Origin: Octopus bimaculoides
Taxonomy: Eukaryota
Direction: 5' to 3'
DNA: 64,000 bases
Assembly: GCF_001194135.2 (NCBI RefSeq)
Contig: NC_068981.1
Span: 40,875,193-40,939,192, forward strand
The position numbers and the translations under genes are program-made. A model generated the notes under the pieces. That model was not told the DNA's origin, searched no databases, and saw nothing but the letters and a program-made list of their open reading frames with translations. Shown piece by piece: positions 51,301-61,700 of the stretch. The number at the start of each line of letters is the position of its first letter. Positions within the stretch are counted from its first letter, which is position 1.

Positions 51301-52331
51301 CTGAACACCTGTCTGAACTAACTGAAGAAGAATATGAAATCAATTTTGTAAAAACACATTTACGAGGCTTTTTACGTTTTGATGTAAAATATTTAATACC
51401 TTTCTTTACAAGGCGTTTTACAAAGCAGGTTAGTCTATTTGTTTTATGGTTACATTTAAACAGTTTTTAAATTGCTTAAAGGTAACCATAAAACTTTCTT
51501 GCCATTATAAATAGATTGAATAAGTAATTACTTCTGGTTGCCATGATGCTGCAGAGGTAACAGAGATTTCCTCAAAGTGGCTCCAGATCAGGAGATGCAA
51601 GCCATGGAAGGGGCAGTGCTTCCAGTGGTAGTGCTAACTGCTAAACTCCATCTAAGACTTGATTAACCTCAACTGAGTCACCTGAGTGAGGGTGCCTGAT
51701 GTTGAAAGATTCAAACACTTAATGACCCCAGGAAGCATCACTATTGATGTGTCCAGGTGCATCACAGGATGATGTATGGAAAAACTTGTGCACAAAATGT
51801 GCTATAATATAAAATATGATAGCACAAAGAAGACAAAACCTTAAAAAAATCATACATATGGACTGTCTCTTTAAATCAGTGTTTCTCAACCTTTTGGTGA
51901 AAGGGCAAGCCCTTTCACCAAATGGCATTTTACAAATGCCCTCCCCATATACAAAAAAAAATAAATAAATAAAATAAAAAGCAGACGATTATTTTTATCA
52001 AACAGAACTAATTTTGTTCATAGTTTTTTGTGCTATCCTATCTCGCATGTGTTTCTTTTTAAATATTTGTGTGGATTTGTGATTCCTATGTTAAATTTTT
52101 ATAGAAATTACTAAAGAAAGGGAAATTTGTATTTTTAGTGGTTTAAAAATACAAAAACTATTTCTTAGAATTAACCTTCAAAATAATTGTTCTATATTAC
52201 AGGAAGTACGTGAAGGTCGCACACAAATGGACAATTTAACAAACAAGTGGTACAAAGAAGTGCGGGCTGTTCCATCAGATTCCAATTCTGAAGAGGACAC
52301 AGCTTTCACACAAGAAACTATTTATCATTAA
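18376..52331 (+). CDS. SLC9A8: Na+/H+ exchanger 8 (NHE8) orthologue, complete 16-exon gene, 647 aa from first ATG (634 aa if ATG 18415 is used)
   Basis: Manually spliced exons give one open frame with GT-AG boundaries and matching phases. It carries the CPA1/NHE8 motifs [76 protein letters not shown] and LTNKWY. The orthology call is from recalled similarity to vertebrate NHE8. Confidence 0.96.
19021..19081. repeat. (TA)n microsatellite
   Basis: Direct reading. Confidence 0.95.
20470..20990 (-). mobile_element. Decayed RTE RT fragment
   Basis: [25 protein letters not shown] resembles the RTE SVLSPLLFIIVLEALSREFR.GCPW region. Confidence 0.55.
22216..22486 (-). mobile_element. RTE 3' module copy (NHE8 intron 1)
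   Basis: Shared core in reverse orientation. Confidence 0.85.
24868..25035 (+). mobile_element. tRNA-derived SINE (5' part)
   Basis: A-box-like TGGCTGTGTGG and B-box-like GGTTGAGTCCC, followed by a body shared with 42261-42625 and about 54170-54240. Confidence 0.7.
25287..25316 (-). ncRNA. Second, internally deleted copy of the same hammerhead motif
   Basis: Minus strand reads ACAGU-CUG[deletion]GCC-AAAA-C-uucaaa-GUC-ACUGU, with a perfect 5-bp stem I and a GUC triplet. It shares 26 of 29 nt with 26724-26752. Confidence 0.55.
26735..26777 (-). ncRNA. Relic type-I minimal hammerhead ribozyme motif
   Basis: Minus strand reads UAGU-CUGAUGA-U-GGC-uuagcu-GCC-U-GAAA-C-uucaaa-G-CC-ACUG. It has stem I UAGU/ACUG, core CUGAUGA, stem II GGC/GCC, GAAA and stem III C-G. 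The cleavage triplet is GCC instead of GUC; the sister copy at 25287-25316 retains GUC. Confidence 0.65.
27271..27603 (+). mobile_element. RTE 3' module copy (NHE8 intron 1)
   Basis: Tandem subunits, shared core, (GAT)n tail. Confidence 0.85.
27620..28500 (-). mobile_element. Decayed R4/Dong-like (RLE-type) non-LTR RT fragment
   Basis: [13 protein letters not shown] (cf. GIFQGDSLSPLLF) and, downstream, YLHLGVLE (cf. YKYLG.LE). Confidence 0.55.
29995..30880 (+). mobile_element. Decayed CR1/Jockey-group LINE RT to 3' end
   Basis: [20 protein letters not shown] and [17 protein letters not shown] motifs. Confidence 0.75.
30922..32169 (+). mobile_element. Tc2/pogo-like transposon remnant with Brinker-like HTH
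   Basis: TA-flanked TIRs CTGTAAAAACCCATATAATTTGCG / rc CCATAAAAACCCATGTAATTTGTG. Internal frameshifted [30 protein letters not shown]. Confidence 0.75.
32190..33508 (+). mobile_element. RTE 3' module copy with expanded ~62-bp tandem array spanning a 905-N gap
   Basis: Array units are visible on both sides of gap 32343-33247, followed by the core and (GAT)n tail. Confidence 0.8.
34061..34209 (+). CDS. SLC9A8: NHE8 exon 2
   Basis: ttttgtag|C TTG CTA AAT...; encodes [49 protein letters not shown]; donor G|GTAAGT. Confidence 0.92.
34346..34426 (+). CDS. SLC9A8: NHE8 exon 3
   Basis: tttatag|CT ATC...; [27 protein letters not shown]; donor G|GTAAGC. Confidence 0.95.
34499..34857. mobile_element. 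Candidate solo LTR in NHE8 intron 3
   Basis: Begins TGTAGTGGC and ends ...GCCTACA (or TACAACA at 34845). It is CpG-richer than the surrounding intron. No TSD was found. Confidence 0.3.
35540..36050 (+). mobile_element. Decayed CR1/Jockey-group LINE RT fragment
   Basis: [11 protein letters not shown]...[12 protein letters not shown]...SKKMETAIN motif remnants. Confidence 0.6.
36080..36715 (-). mobile_element. 5'-truncated RTE LINE (ORF end plus longer 3' UTR variant)
   Basis: The minus strand 36715-36555 encodes an RTE C-terminus ([44 protein letters not shown]). It is followed by a different spacer and then the same terminal module. Confidence 0.8.
37340..37389 (+). CDS. SLC9A8: NHE8 exon 4 (50 nt)
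   Basis: ttttaag|GA GCT...; [17 protein letters not shown]; donor AGG|GTATGT; phases 1 to 0 fit the neighbouring exons. Confidence 0.9.
37977..38060 (+). CDS. SLC9A8: NHE8 exon 5
   Basis: ccatag|AAT...; [28 protein letters not shown]; donor AAG|GTAAAG. Confidence 0.96.
39031..39132 (+). CDS. SLC9A8: NHE8 exon 6
   Basis: tttcag|GGG...; [34 protein letters not shown]; donor CAA|GTAAAT. Confidence 0.96.
39330..39700 (-). mobile_element. RTE-type LINE C-terminal fragment
   Basis: [12 protein letters not shown]...[10 protein letters not shown]...[15 protein letters not shown]. Confidence 0.7.
39820..40146. mobile_element. hAT (Charlie-type) MITE
   Basis: Perfect 8-bp TSD TCCTAGAT (39812-39819 and 40147-40154); imperfect TIRs CAGGCTTGGCCAAC / rc CAAGGCTGACCAAC. 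Confidence 0.85.
40437..40615 (+). CDS. SLC9A8: NHE8 exon 7 (ion-binding ND motif)
   Basis: tttcag|GCT...; [59 protein letters not shown]; donor AC|GTAAGT. Confidence 0.97.
41866..42004 (+). CDS. SLC9A8: NHE8 exon 8 (followed by U12 donor)
   Basis: ttttcag|A ACT...; [46 protein letters not shown]; donor ATT|GTATCCTTT. Confidence 0.93.
42005..44329 (+). other. U12-type (minor spliceosome) GT-AG intron, NHE8 intron 8
   Basis: 5' splice site GTATCCTTT at 42005. Branch site TTTCCTTAAT at 44311-44320, about 10 nt before the 3' AG at 44328-44329, with no polypyrimidine tract between. Splicing here gives a gap-free LLSAI|LLKSID frame. Confidence 0.92.
42261..42625 (-). mobile_element. tRNA-derived SINE, near full length, inside the U12 intron
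   Basis: Reverse complement matches the 24868 family head and the tail seen at 26070-26120. Confidence 0.7.
44330..44435 (+). CDS. SLC9A8: NHE8 exon 9
   Basis: cttcag|TTA...; [35 protein letters not shown]; donor G|GTATTT. Confidence 0.95.
44630..45222. mobile_element. Head-to-head pair: old minus RTE 3' copy (44630-44790) and young plus copy with 4 tandem units (44791-45222)
   Basis: Unit anchor GAT(CGTTGCC) recurs at 44814, 44876, 44937 and 44997 (spacing 62, 61, 60). Confidence 0.85.
45600..45966. repeat. Foldback (long imperfect inverted repeat) with divergent hammerhead-like motifs at its centre
   Basis: The termini AATAATAAACAC / GTGTTTATTATT are perfect reverse complements, and the arms align along most of their length. 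A hammerhead-like motif lies at 45723-45765 (-) with a decayed mirror copy at 45795-45837 (+). Confidence 0.75.
46177..46293 (+). CDS. SLC9A8: NHE8 exon 10
   Basis: ttgcag|GG ATT...; [39 protein letters not shown]; donor G|GTAATT. Confidence 0.96.
46795..46877 (+). CDS. SLC9A8: NHE8 exon 11
   Basis: ttacag|AA ACT...; [28 protein letters not shown]; donor ATT|GTAAGT. Confidence 0.96.
47947..48058 (+). CDS. SLC9A8: NHE8 exon 12
   Basis: ttatag|GGT...; [37 protein letters not shown]; donor G|GTGAGT. Confidence 0.96.
49154..49296 (+). CDS. SLC9A8: NHE8 exon 13
   Basis: gtatag|GA TTA...; [48 protein letters not shown]; donor AAG|GTAACA. Confidence 0.96.
50185..50250 (+). CDS. SLC9A8: NHE8 exon 14
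   Basis: cttcag|TTA...; [22 protein letters not shown]; donor ATG|GTAAGT. Confidence 0.93.
51285..51428 (+). CDS. SLC9A8: NHE8 exon 15
   Basis: ttacag|GGA...; [48 protein letters not shown]; donor CAG|GTTAGT. Confidence 0.96.
52203..52331 (+). CDS. SLC9A8: NHE8 exon 16 (terminal coding exon, stop TAA 52329-52331)
   Basis: ttacag|GAA...; [42 protein letters not shown]. Confidence 0.95.
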   Translation, partial: EVREGRTQMDNLTNKWYKEVRAVPSDSNSEEDTAFTQETIYH

Positions 52332-52573
52332 ACAAGTTAATCTTTGGAATTCATGATACTTTTTTTTCTAAAGTAACAATCACTGTGATAAACAAAGCAT
52401 CTGATTTTAATTTTTATTCATGAACATAACACAAACTAATTTATTGTTGATCTTTTACAAAATATTTTACGTGGTATTTGTTTTGTAATCTTGAATTAAT
52501 TTTACTGTGGGCTGTTGATATTTTTTATAAAATGTAATTTGTAAATTGATTATAAATATTTAAAACTAATTCT

Positions 52574-52579
52574 AATAAA
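52574..52579 (+). terminator. Candidate poly(A) signal of NHE8
   Basis: AATAAA 243 nt after the stop codon. The hexamer is common in AT-rich DNA, so support is weak. Confidence 0.3.
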
Positions 52580-52744
52580 AGGATGTTCTTTTGCAAGGTT
52601 AGTTTTATCAATTTATCTCATTTGGAATCTGGATATCAACTTTTTTTTATGTATTTTTTTATATCTGTAAGATGGAAGAATATTGTTAGTAGAGCTGGTA
52701 TAAAGCCAGATGGTTATTGTCTTTGTACAGACATAATGTCAAGA

Positions 52745-52865
52745 GCCAAATTCCAACAGTCAAACTGCTGAAAGTCAAAATGTCAACAGTCAAAATGTTG
52801 ATGGTCAAATGCCAACAAGACCAAATTTTGATGGTCAAATTGTTGCTATTCAAAATGCAAACAGA
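52745..52865. repeat. Degenerate ~15-bp tandem repeat (GTCAAAATGTCAACA-like)
   Basis: Repeated GTCAAA-(A)TG-Y-YRAYR units. Confidence 0.7.
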
Positions 52866-54312
52866 TTTTGTTTGCTTTTTTTTTATTTAGTAAAAATAAT
52901 TAAAAATAACTCATTTTAAAATTGGGGTAATATATTAAATAGAAGGATGTCAATGATTTGCATTTAATGAAAAAGCAAAATACCATATATGTCAGCATAT
53001 AAGACAACTGGGTGTTGTAAAAACATATCAGTAATTACTAAAGCAGTGGTTAACTACCATCAACCGTTATACATTGCTAACAACTCACCATACACTTTAG
53101 GAATTAAGGTTCAAATTTTATACATATATGTATAAGATGTTCCCATTCCTCCTATTTTGGAGGGGTACATTTTAAGGTTAAATTGTCAATTTATTTACAC
53201 TGGCATATATGGTGAATATATTTTAAAACTAAACATAATAATAAGAAGGTTGCTAAAAATAATTTGTTTTAAAATTAAAGCAATTTATTGAATTGAATCA
53301 ATAGATTGTGAACCATTGACTTTAAGAAAAACATGAGGGTTGATCAAATTATGAATTACAAGTTCCTTTTTAATACAATTGTTAATCTTGGTATATTTTT
53401 TTATTTATTCATATCACATTATCCCTAAGAGAATGTTAGCTTGCTAAAAGTTTGTGTAGCATTATATCTGTTTCTTCATTATTAACATTGTACACATCTT
53501 GTCAGGGAACAAATACTAATATTCCAAGCCACCTGATGAAGGAACCATTTTCTACGTTGAAATAATCTGTTGATCTCAAATGCTGAATTTTGTGCTATAA
53601 ACACTGGCTCAAGTGAAAATAGCAACTTATTACTGTTACTGTGGTAAATTTATTTATTGTGGTTTATTGCTGTTTGTTGCAGCTATTTCAAAGTCCACTG
53701 TAAATGATTATGGATAAATATATCTCTCTTTTTAAAAAAAATTTAAAATTACATTATCTTTTTGTATTTATCCATGATAATGTAGAAAGCCATGAGTAAT
53801 ATTTTAGTTTCAGAAACAATAGCATGAAGAGTATAAAACTGTATTCTGTGAGACTCAAGAAAATGTTCCATCACTTATCTACTTCTTTTCCATTACTACA
53901 ACTTTTAAATTTTCCATTCATTGTTAAATAAATATAAACATCCTCACTTTCTAATAAAAAATTTATCAACTCTTGTTATTAGTGTTCAATATTTTGTTTC
54001 ATTATTGCGCCTTCTTGTTCACCATTCACTACATGATAATAAGTCTTTATGTGATAATGTACCACCTCATACACTTTAATGTAGTTTGCTCATACAATTG
54101 TTACTTACAGAAAGCAGGCATAGGTATGGCTTATGTTATTAAGAAGTTTGATTCCATTGTGTGGAACCCTGGACAAATGTTTTGTACTACAGCCAACCAA
54201 AGCCTTGTGAATGGGTTTGGTTGACTGAAACTGGAAGAAGTTCATCAGATGTATAATTTTGTTTACATTTGCACTTCTCCAAAAATCACTGAGCAAGAAA
54301 CACTGACATTGT

Positions 54313-55571
54313 TATAAGGGTGGGCTGAAAAGTTCAGAGGCCAACTATGAAGGAGAAATGCTAGAGCTGTGAAATCTTACATGCATTAATTTCAACCCTT
54401 CTTATTAATAACTGCATTGTTTCTTTCCATGTAAATTGATAGCTCTCTGTTCAAAGAACTCTTCAAAAGTAACTAGTAGTAACTTTTTTTGAAAATGGAT
54501 GAAATTTGGCATCATTGTGTTATCAGGTACTTGTAGAAAAAGTGTTTAGCCCCCAAAGACATTCATGCTGACATGGTTGCTACATTAGGGGATGATGCTC
54601 CAGCTTTATTAACAGTACAAGTGGACAGCTGAATTTTGGAGGTAAAGGGAGAGTCTTGAACATAACCCTAGGTCTGGTCGTCCTGCACTCTGCCATCATC
54701 AACACAAACATTGATCGTGCTCACCATATGGTGATGGAATACAGGCATTTGACCATAAGTCAATGCTATTAACATATGTCATGAGTGAGTTGAGAATATT
54801 CTACACAATTCCATGAGTGAGTTGAGAATATTCTGCACAATGAACTTGGCATGACTAAAGTTTCTGCTCAGTGGGAACCATATCTTCTAACACCTGATCA
54901 AAAGCACACCAGGCTGATCACATCATGGGAAAATCTGACTTTGTTTATAGCAGATCCAGCTGGTTTCTTTGAACATTTCCTAACCCAAGATGAGTGTTGG
55001 CTTCCTTTGAGCCAGAGACAAAGAGACAATCCATGCAGTGGATACAACACTCCTTACTTGATCCAAAGAAGTCCAAGGTCATTTCCTCTGCAGTGTTTAT
55101 TGACTATCTTCAGAATGGTCGCAGTATCAATGGAGAATACTATGCCAACTTGCTGAAGCAGTTACAAAAGGCTATCAAGACCAAGCACCAAAGAAAGGAG
55201 TCTTGTTTCATTAGGACAGTGTTGTAGGACACAAGTCCTTGGTTTCAATGACTGTTGTGCATAACTAGCTTTGAACCAGTTGATCACCCTCCCTATTCTG
55301 ATTTCACCCCATCTGACTTTTATCTGTTCTCCAACATGAAAAAACACTTGTCTGGGAACCAGTATTGCAGTGATGATGACAACCTATCTGCTATTGATGA
55401 CTTTTTTGACCAGCAAGATGAAAGTTTCTTCACCAATGGGATCCAAGCACTGCAACAGTGATGGAAGAAGTGTGTGAACTACAAGGGGGACTGTTGAAAA
55501 ATGAACCACATTTGGTCACATTCCATGAGAAGATCTTGGTCAGCCTACAGACTTTTCAGCTGACCTTCATA
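54313..55571 (+). mobile_element. Full-length decayed mariner, same family as 14565-15786
   Basis: TIRs TATAAGGGTGGGCTGAAAAGTTC / rc TATGAAGGTCAGCTGAAAAGTC. Motifs QDECW, FEPETKRQSMQW and HPPYS..PSDFYLFSNMKKHL. Internal 32-bp tandem duplication at 54780-54843. Confidence 0.9.
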
Positions 55572-56469
55572 TTTCCCTTGTTAACAAATCATCCACCTTC
55601 AAAGAAAGATTTGTGGAATAAGAGATCTTTTCGTTAAAAAAAACCTATAAGAGTTAACACCAGGTAGGGCATCCAGCTGTGAAACTGCTTCCATAATAGA
55701 TCTAACCCATGGGTGTAAAAATAAACAAAGATGTTGCTTCATCTGATTGCACTATGCATTGCTTCATGTTCTCCACTGCTTTTAAAATATATATGACTTG
55801 GACTGGTAAATGTGAATGATTATGAGAAATCTTTTGTATAATATCAGCACAAGTTACAATCTTAGCTTTGCAATGTGATCATTTCTCACTGAATATATTA
55901 GTTTTTCATTTTCTGTTGACAAAAACATTTCCTATATACAAATATTTTCAGCCACCTTTAGCACCAGTTACAAATTGTGAAGTAGTAATAGTGGGTTGGG
56001 TACATGGAATATAAGGATATACATTAGACAGCTAAGTAAAATCACAGCCAGCCACCCATTCAGGCATGTCATTTATGACCATGCCCCCACTCCTTCTCCC
56101 AGCCAAGAGGTCTCTGCTTTGCATGTGCCGATGCCACGTAAAATGCACTTGTACCAGTGCCACATGATGTGCATTTGTGTTGGTGTCATGTAAAATGCAC
56201 ACATTCCAGTGCCACATAAAGGCACCTAGCACACTTTGTAAAGCGTTTGGCATTAGGAAGGAGATCCAACTGTAGAAACTATACAAAATAGACAACTGGA
56301 ACCTGGCCAGCTCCTGTTAAACTGTCCAACCTATGCCAGCATGGAAAATGAACTTTAAACAATAATGATGACATCTGCTTCATGGCTAATTACTACATTC
56401 AAATACATGCTTCTACAATTCCAGCTCATCTAGTTTAGGAAGAACTTCACATATTGTATATTGTATGAA

Positions 56470-56920
56470 ATATACTTCCTTACATGGTTAGTGTTTTGCA
56501 AAATTGGCCTAAAAGGAGTAGAAAAGCAAAACCACCATGACAAAGTAATGTTGTGAATACACTGGTTGTTATGCAGGAACTATATGCTAGAATGTTCGAA
56601 CAAGTGGTATGAGTAGCAACCTTTGCCAGTGCTAGAGAGTGATCAGATGAGACTCATGGGATCTGCCATACTACACACATAAGCTGCAACATAACCAACC
56701 AAATATCACTCTCCATCAACATAGCTATACCTGCAGAGCTGAAATTTAGTGAAGACAAAGAACAAGAAAGTTAAAAAATACCAAGACCTAGCATTGGAAA
56801 TAAAATGCATCCATAGAGCCTCAAAAGTGAGTGCGATACCCATTGTGATTGGTGCACTTTGGACCATCTCAAAGAATACAATGTTCTGGCATGTGAAAAA
56901 GTTAAGGATTTAATCAACAA
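56470..56920 (+). mobile_element. R4/Dong-like non-LTR C-terminal restriction-like endonuclease fragment
   Basis: HDKVML*IHWLLCRNY...KWYE, HNQPNI, INIAIPAE, KEQE..KYQDLALEIK, IPIVIGAL motifs with frameshifts. Confidence 0.7.
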
Positions 56921-58070
56921 TGAATAAATTATTCTATGTCAATAAATAGTTACATGGAGAGAGAGAGAGAGTGAAAGGCTAAAAGATAGCAATAAATGTG
57001 GGTGATAGTAAGACAGTGAATGAATGATAAAGATAGAGACAGGCCAGCATAAGAGATATTGGAGATGATGCAGTGATGTACACATGATGGTAGAGAGATG
57101 GAGTAATAAAGATTGATGGTAAGGTAGAGTGAATACAAACAAATCTAATGCTATCCATCATTACAGAGAGAGCATGGTACAGTGAATGATAGTTAACTGG
57201 GTTTTGAAGAGGGCAGTAAGTAGAGAGTTGACAAGTTTTTTCATTATCTTCTTTTTTTTATTTCAGAGTAAGTATCATAGAAAAAAAAGTGAGAGATTGA
57301 AGTTCATTATATTTCTTATCTAATATATTTAGTAGAAAATAGGCTGTTCCAGTGACATTTTCAGGGCCTCCTAGACAGGTGATATTGATGTAAATGATGA
57401 TCTTGAGCAGTTGTAAGAAAAATCTGAACAGTTCTGAGAATGATGATTGGATGAAAAGTCAGTGTAAGTCTGGGAGATGAAACATATCAACAGTGATTTG
57501 ATAGAATAATGGACAGGGTATGTAGTAAGTCAATTTTAGAAGAATATATGACATTATAATAGTAATACAACAGGTGATGTGAAAAAACAACTCATCTATG
57601 GATTGTTGATGAATTAATTTTTAAGCACTGGTGTTGGTTGCCACATAAAAAGCACGTAGTGCACACTGTAAAGTGGTTAGCATTAGGAAGGGTATCCAGC
57701 TGTAGAAACTGTGCCAAAACAGACTATGGAACCTGGTGTAGTCCCTGACCTTGCCAGTTCCTGTCAAGCTGTCCAACACATGCCAGCATGAAAAACTTAT
57801 TAAATGTTGATAAGGATTCAAATGATTTTCTTCTTGTTGCAGTCTGATATATTTTGTGTATGAAGCAGTAAGGCTGTTGTGCAGTTGTGTAAAGTAACTC
57901 AGTGTGGTTCTTATTGTGCTATGATATTGGCAACATAAAATATGTAGGGTTGCAATGAGGGATCAGCAGAGGTTGTGAGGTTTAGCATTTGCAGTAACTT
58001 CGAGAGTTTCAATTGCAAACTATTCATGATTGGAATGTGAGGCACAAAATTCCTTAATATATGTAGTAAA

Positions 58071-58285
58071 GGTGGCAAACTGGCAGAATCATTAGCACAC
58101 CAAGCAAAATGCTTAGCAGCATTTCATCCATCTTTACATTGTGAGTCCAAATTCTTTTGTGATCAACTCTGCCTTTCATTCCTTTTGGGATTGATAAAAT
58201 AAGTACCAGTTGAGCACTGAGGTTGATCTAATCAACTTACACCCTCTCCTGAAATTGCTGTCCTTGGGCCAAAATTTGAAACCAA
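58071..58285 (+). mobile_element. Second tRNA-derived SINE family copy
   Basis: Head GGTGGCAAACTGGCAGAATC and central GCCTTTCATTCC...GATAAAATAAGTACCAG. Related decayed minus copies near 20325-20445 and 33750-33890. Confidence 0.6.
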
Positions 58286-58464
58286 TATGTGTAGTAGTTG
58301 AGTTTTTGTACTCTTAAAAGACACAAGGCCTTTGTGTATCATTGATGATGATTCTCAAGACTCCTATTCAAACATATTGAGTCGTGTTAGAAGTAAAAGC
58401 AACTGGTAGTGGGAAAAATAGGAAAAGATGTCCTAATGAAAACGCCACGTTTTTTGGGTTAAAG

Positions 58465-58713
58465 CAGTGGTTCCCAAACTTTTTGGGGCTGCTGCACCCT
58501 TGATACCCAGGTCACATTCCTAGCACTCCCACTCCAACTAACCATAAACCTCTTTCTGAAGCAAATTCAAAGCAATTGTATTTCACAAATAAAACTTAAC
58601 CTAATGAACCCATTATTTTGTTGTTTTTACATCAATCGCGACCCCATTATCGCCCCACTTGGAACTTTCCATCACCCCCATAGAGGCAATACCGCCCACT
58701 TTGGGAACCACTG
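58465..58713. mobile_element. hAT (Charlie-type) MITE
   Basis: Perfect TIR CAGTGGTTCCCAAA; 8-bp TSD GGTTAAAG/GTTTAAAG (7/8). Confidence 0.85.
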
Positions 58714-61700
58714 GTTTAAAGTAAGAGATGAGCATTTACAACCATAATCAGTCAGTAAAGAATTTATGAAGAGCTGACCAATTAAATAACTTGTCTGATC
58801 ACAACCAGTGATAATGTATATTCTGAGTTACATTTCAATGTAAGATTAGCTATAATAACGAAGTGGTAGTCAGGGGATGAGGTTGACATTCATTTTAGTT
58901 TTTCAGGTGTACTTGCCAGGCAAGTGATTCGATCTGAGGCTATGTGTTGAAACTAAAACAATTGCAGTGGGAAAAACACATATTAGACATTCAAAAACAC
59001 AAAACTATTAACTTCATTTTAAACATTTATTGTTATATGGTGTCGAAATTTTCCTCGTGTGAACTGCAACCTGGTTGCTGACGAAGCTATATTGCATTAT
59101 TTTAGATGTACACTTCAAATTTACCATTCAGAAAGCTCATAAAGAGCTGAGTAATTCTAAAAACAAAAAAGAAACCAAACAGCCTTTCGTTTTTAACTCG
59201 TAAATAAAGCTAATCCTCAATGGTTTGTTTTTCAATGACTGACTGGAAATGCAGTTTTAATTAATATACAAGAGTTACCTTTCTTCTCTTTCTCTTTCTC
59301 TCACCGCCCAAATTTGATCTTAATTAGCTCCCTTAGAGAACCTGTCATAACGGTGTAGCGTTTGCTACCTTAAAACGTCTTCTTTATCTCATCTGTGATG
59401 AAATCATGGCTGTTCATGAATCTCTCCGATTGTAAGTTGTTCATTTATTTACAAGTGTTATAATTTTAGACTTATTTTTTTTTAAATTGTATCTTAATTT
59501 TCATATTGGACAAATAATTATAATTTTCTTTGAGAGTGAAATAATTTAATCTCTCATTATCAACATCATGCGATTAGTAGAAAAATAAATTAATTAAATA
59601 TTTGTTAATCAGAATATTTTTCGTTTACTAGTTAATTTCTTACTTACAAAAACGTACTTCTTATCCTGTTAAAAATGCTGACACTGTTTATTTGTGTAAA
59701 ATCCCTTCTCTGATTTTATTGCATCTTCACTATATTTTGCATATTACGTCGATGTTCATTTACTTCATTTTCATCTAAATTAGTTGTCAAACCTTATTTC
59801 CTTACCTCTGTAAACATTAATATTCCAATACTGTGAAGGAACCTTTCTATCTTATTTACTCACATAGTTAAAGTTAATTTTATATAAATTCAAGTTAATA
59901 TCGTTTATTTTCTACTGCATTGAATTAATAATTCGGAATATTTTAATGCTATATTTTCAACATATTTTACATTAATTTTTGTTTAATAGACAACTTTTTT
60001 TTTATTTTATGATATTATAAAATGATAGATGTTTTTGTTTTTTACTTTTGATTGACCTAACTATGTTAAGAGTGGGCGTTATTCCTTTATTGATGTATTT
60101 CAGTATTTAGTTGTTACTAAATATACGACCCTATATTTTAGACAAGGTGAATAGGATATTGTGACGTGCATATCTTTACTGGGTGGTATCAGTTGCGTAA
60201 GTGAATTGGTTTTCAATAAGAAATCGAAACCATGCTGCAGAATCGACCTGGGAGTTTATCTCGATATCCACGTCTACTGTATGACAATCGACACATGCTT
60301 TAGTCAGTTTAGTCTGAATTTATTCCTGCATTAAAACAAATAGATTTATACTTTTGAGTGACTCAGAAAATCTGCTAACGACAATTTTTAAAATAATAAT
60401 GTTGAATATCTTGTCGCACTATGATTCCCAAACTTTTAATTTTTTTTGTTTTCATATTTTTGTCTATCTGTCAGAGCTATTCGAAAGTGTGGGTCACCCA
60501 CACACATAACTATGGAAGATCGTGATTGATAGAATTTTAAATTGCACAAGAATAATTTTTAATTTTGTTAATTTAATAAAGTTTGGTAAACTTGATCAAC
60601 TGATTTCTTTCTGAAACTTGTGTCATTTAAAAATTCTCTTTGATACTTCATGTACACTACTTAGCTGTTCCTTCAATAATTTCAGTGTCTGGTTCAAAAA
60701 CATATAGTAGGAATCTCAAATAAATATTCTAATTATTGTCTTTGTGGAGGGAAGTTGTATTGCCACACTAATGATGGTTAATTAGACCTGATTGAGAAAA
60801 CCTCTGACTAAAGATACAATAACCAGTATAATGCTGCTGCCTTTTTGTATGTTAGAGACTATTTTATTCAATGTATCCGATCTTTAAAATGATAGGGAGA
60901 GTCATGAGAGATTTAACTGCTACTTGTAGCAATTTTAATGATCTCTTAGAAACACCCTTGTAAGCTTGTCCAATATGTTTGAAGTTACTTGTCAGTAGTG
61001 TCGATTGATGATCATACTTCCTATCTGCTATCTTGGGCTTACATCATCTCATCTGTGATTCCTAATTTCTTTATTAGTTTGTTTACACTACTTATCTGTC
61101 AACTTGTGACACTTTCACCAAGCAGATATTACCTATTGTTTTACTTAATCAGTATGTAATCAACAGAGAAATCAGCAATCTGAATGAGTTATTATTAGTA
61201 CAGTTAGAATGATTATTAATTGTTAACTTGATCAATTGAATTTTACATTTTGATATTGATACACAAACTCTAGCTAAATTACAATTCCCACCACTCAGGC
61301 CATCAGGTATTTTCAGATGCCAACTGCATCAGACTAAATAATGTTCCAGTAACAAAGTTTATAAACACGAAGTATTCCACTTTAAAATATACATTCCTTA
61401 GAAATGTATATGCACTTAACTACGTATTACAGAATAAAGTTTCAACTAGAGCTTCAACTAAACCTCACAATAACTCTTTCCTATTGTGTCTGGGAAGACA
61501 AGATAAAACTGTAATTAATATATGATAACAGTGCTCAGAAATAGCATGATACTCCAAAGATGCCTCACCAGAAACAGAAGAATTGAAACTCCCTGAAAAT
61601 TAGAATCACAGAACATTGAAAAGTTCTAAACCAATGCAAGATAACAAGAATCAGGAATAGCAGAATATGTGATATGGTGTGAAGATGAGAATCATATTCT

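Noticed and set aside
53529-53572. CTGATGA...GAAA on the plus strand downstream of NHE8
   Set aside because: Stem II is incomplete, there is no NUH triplet in register, and stem I has mismatches.
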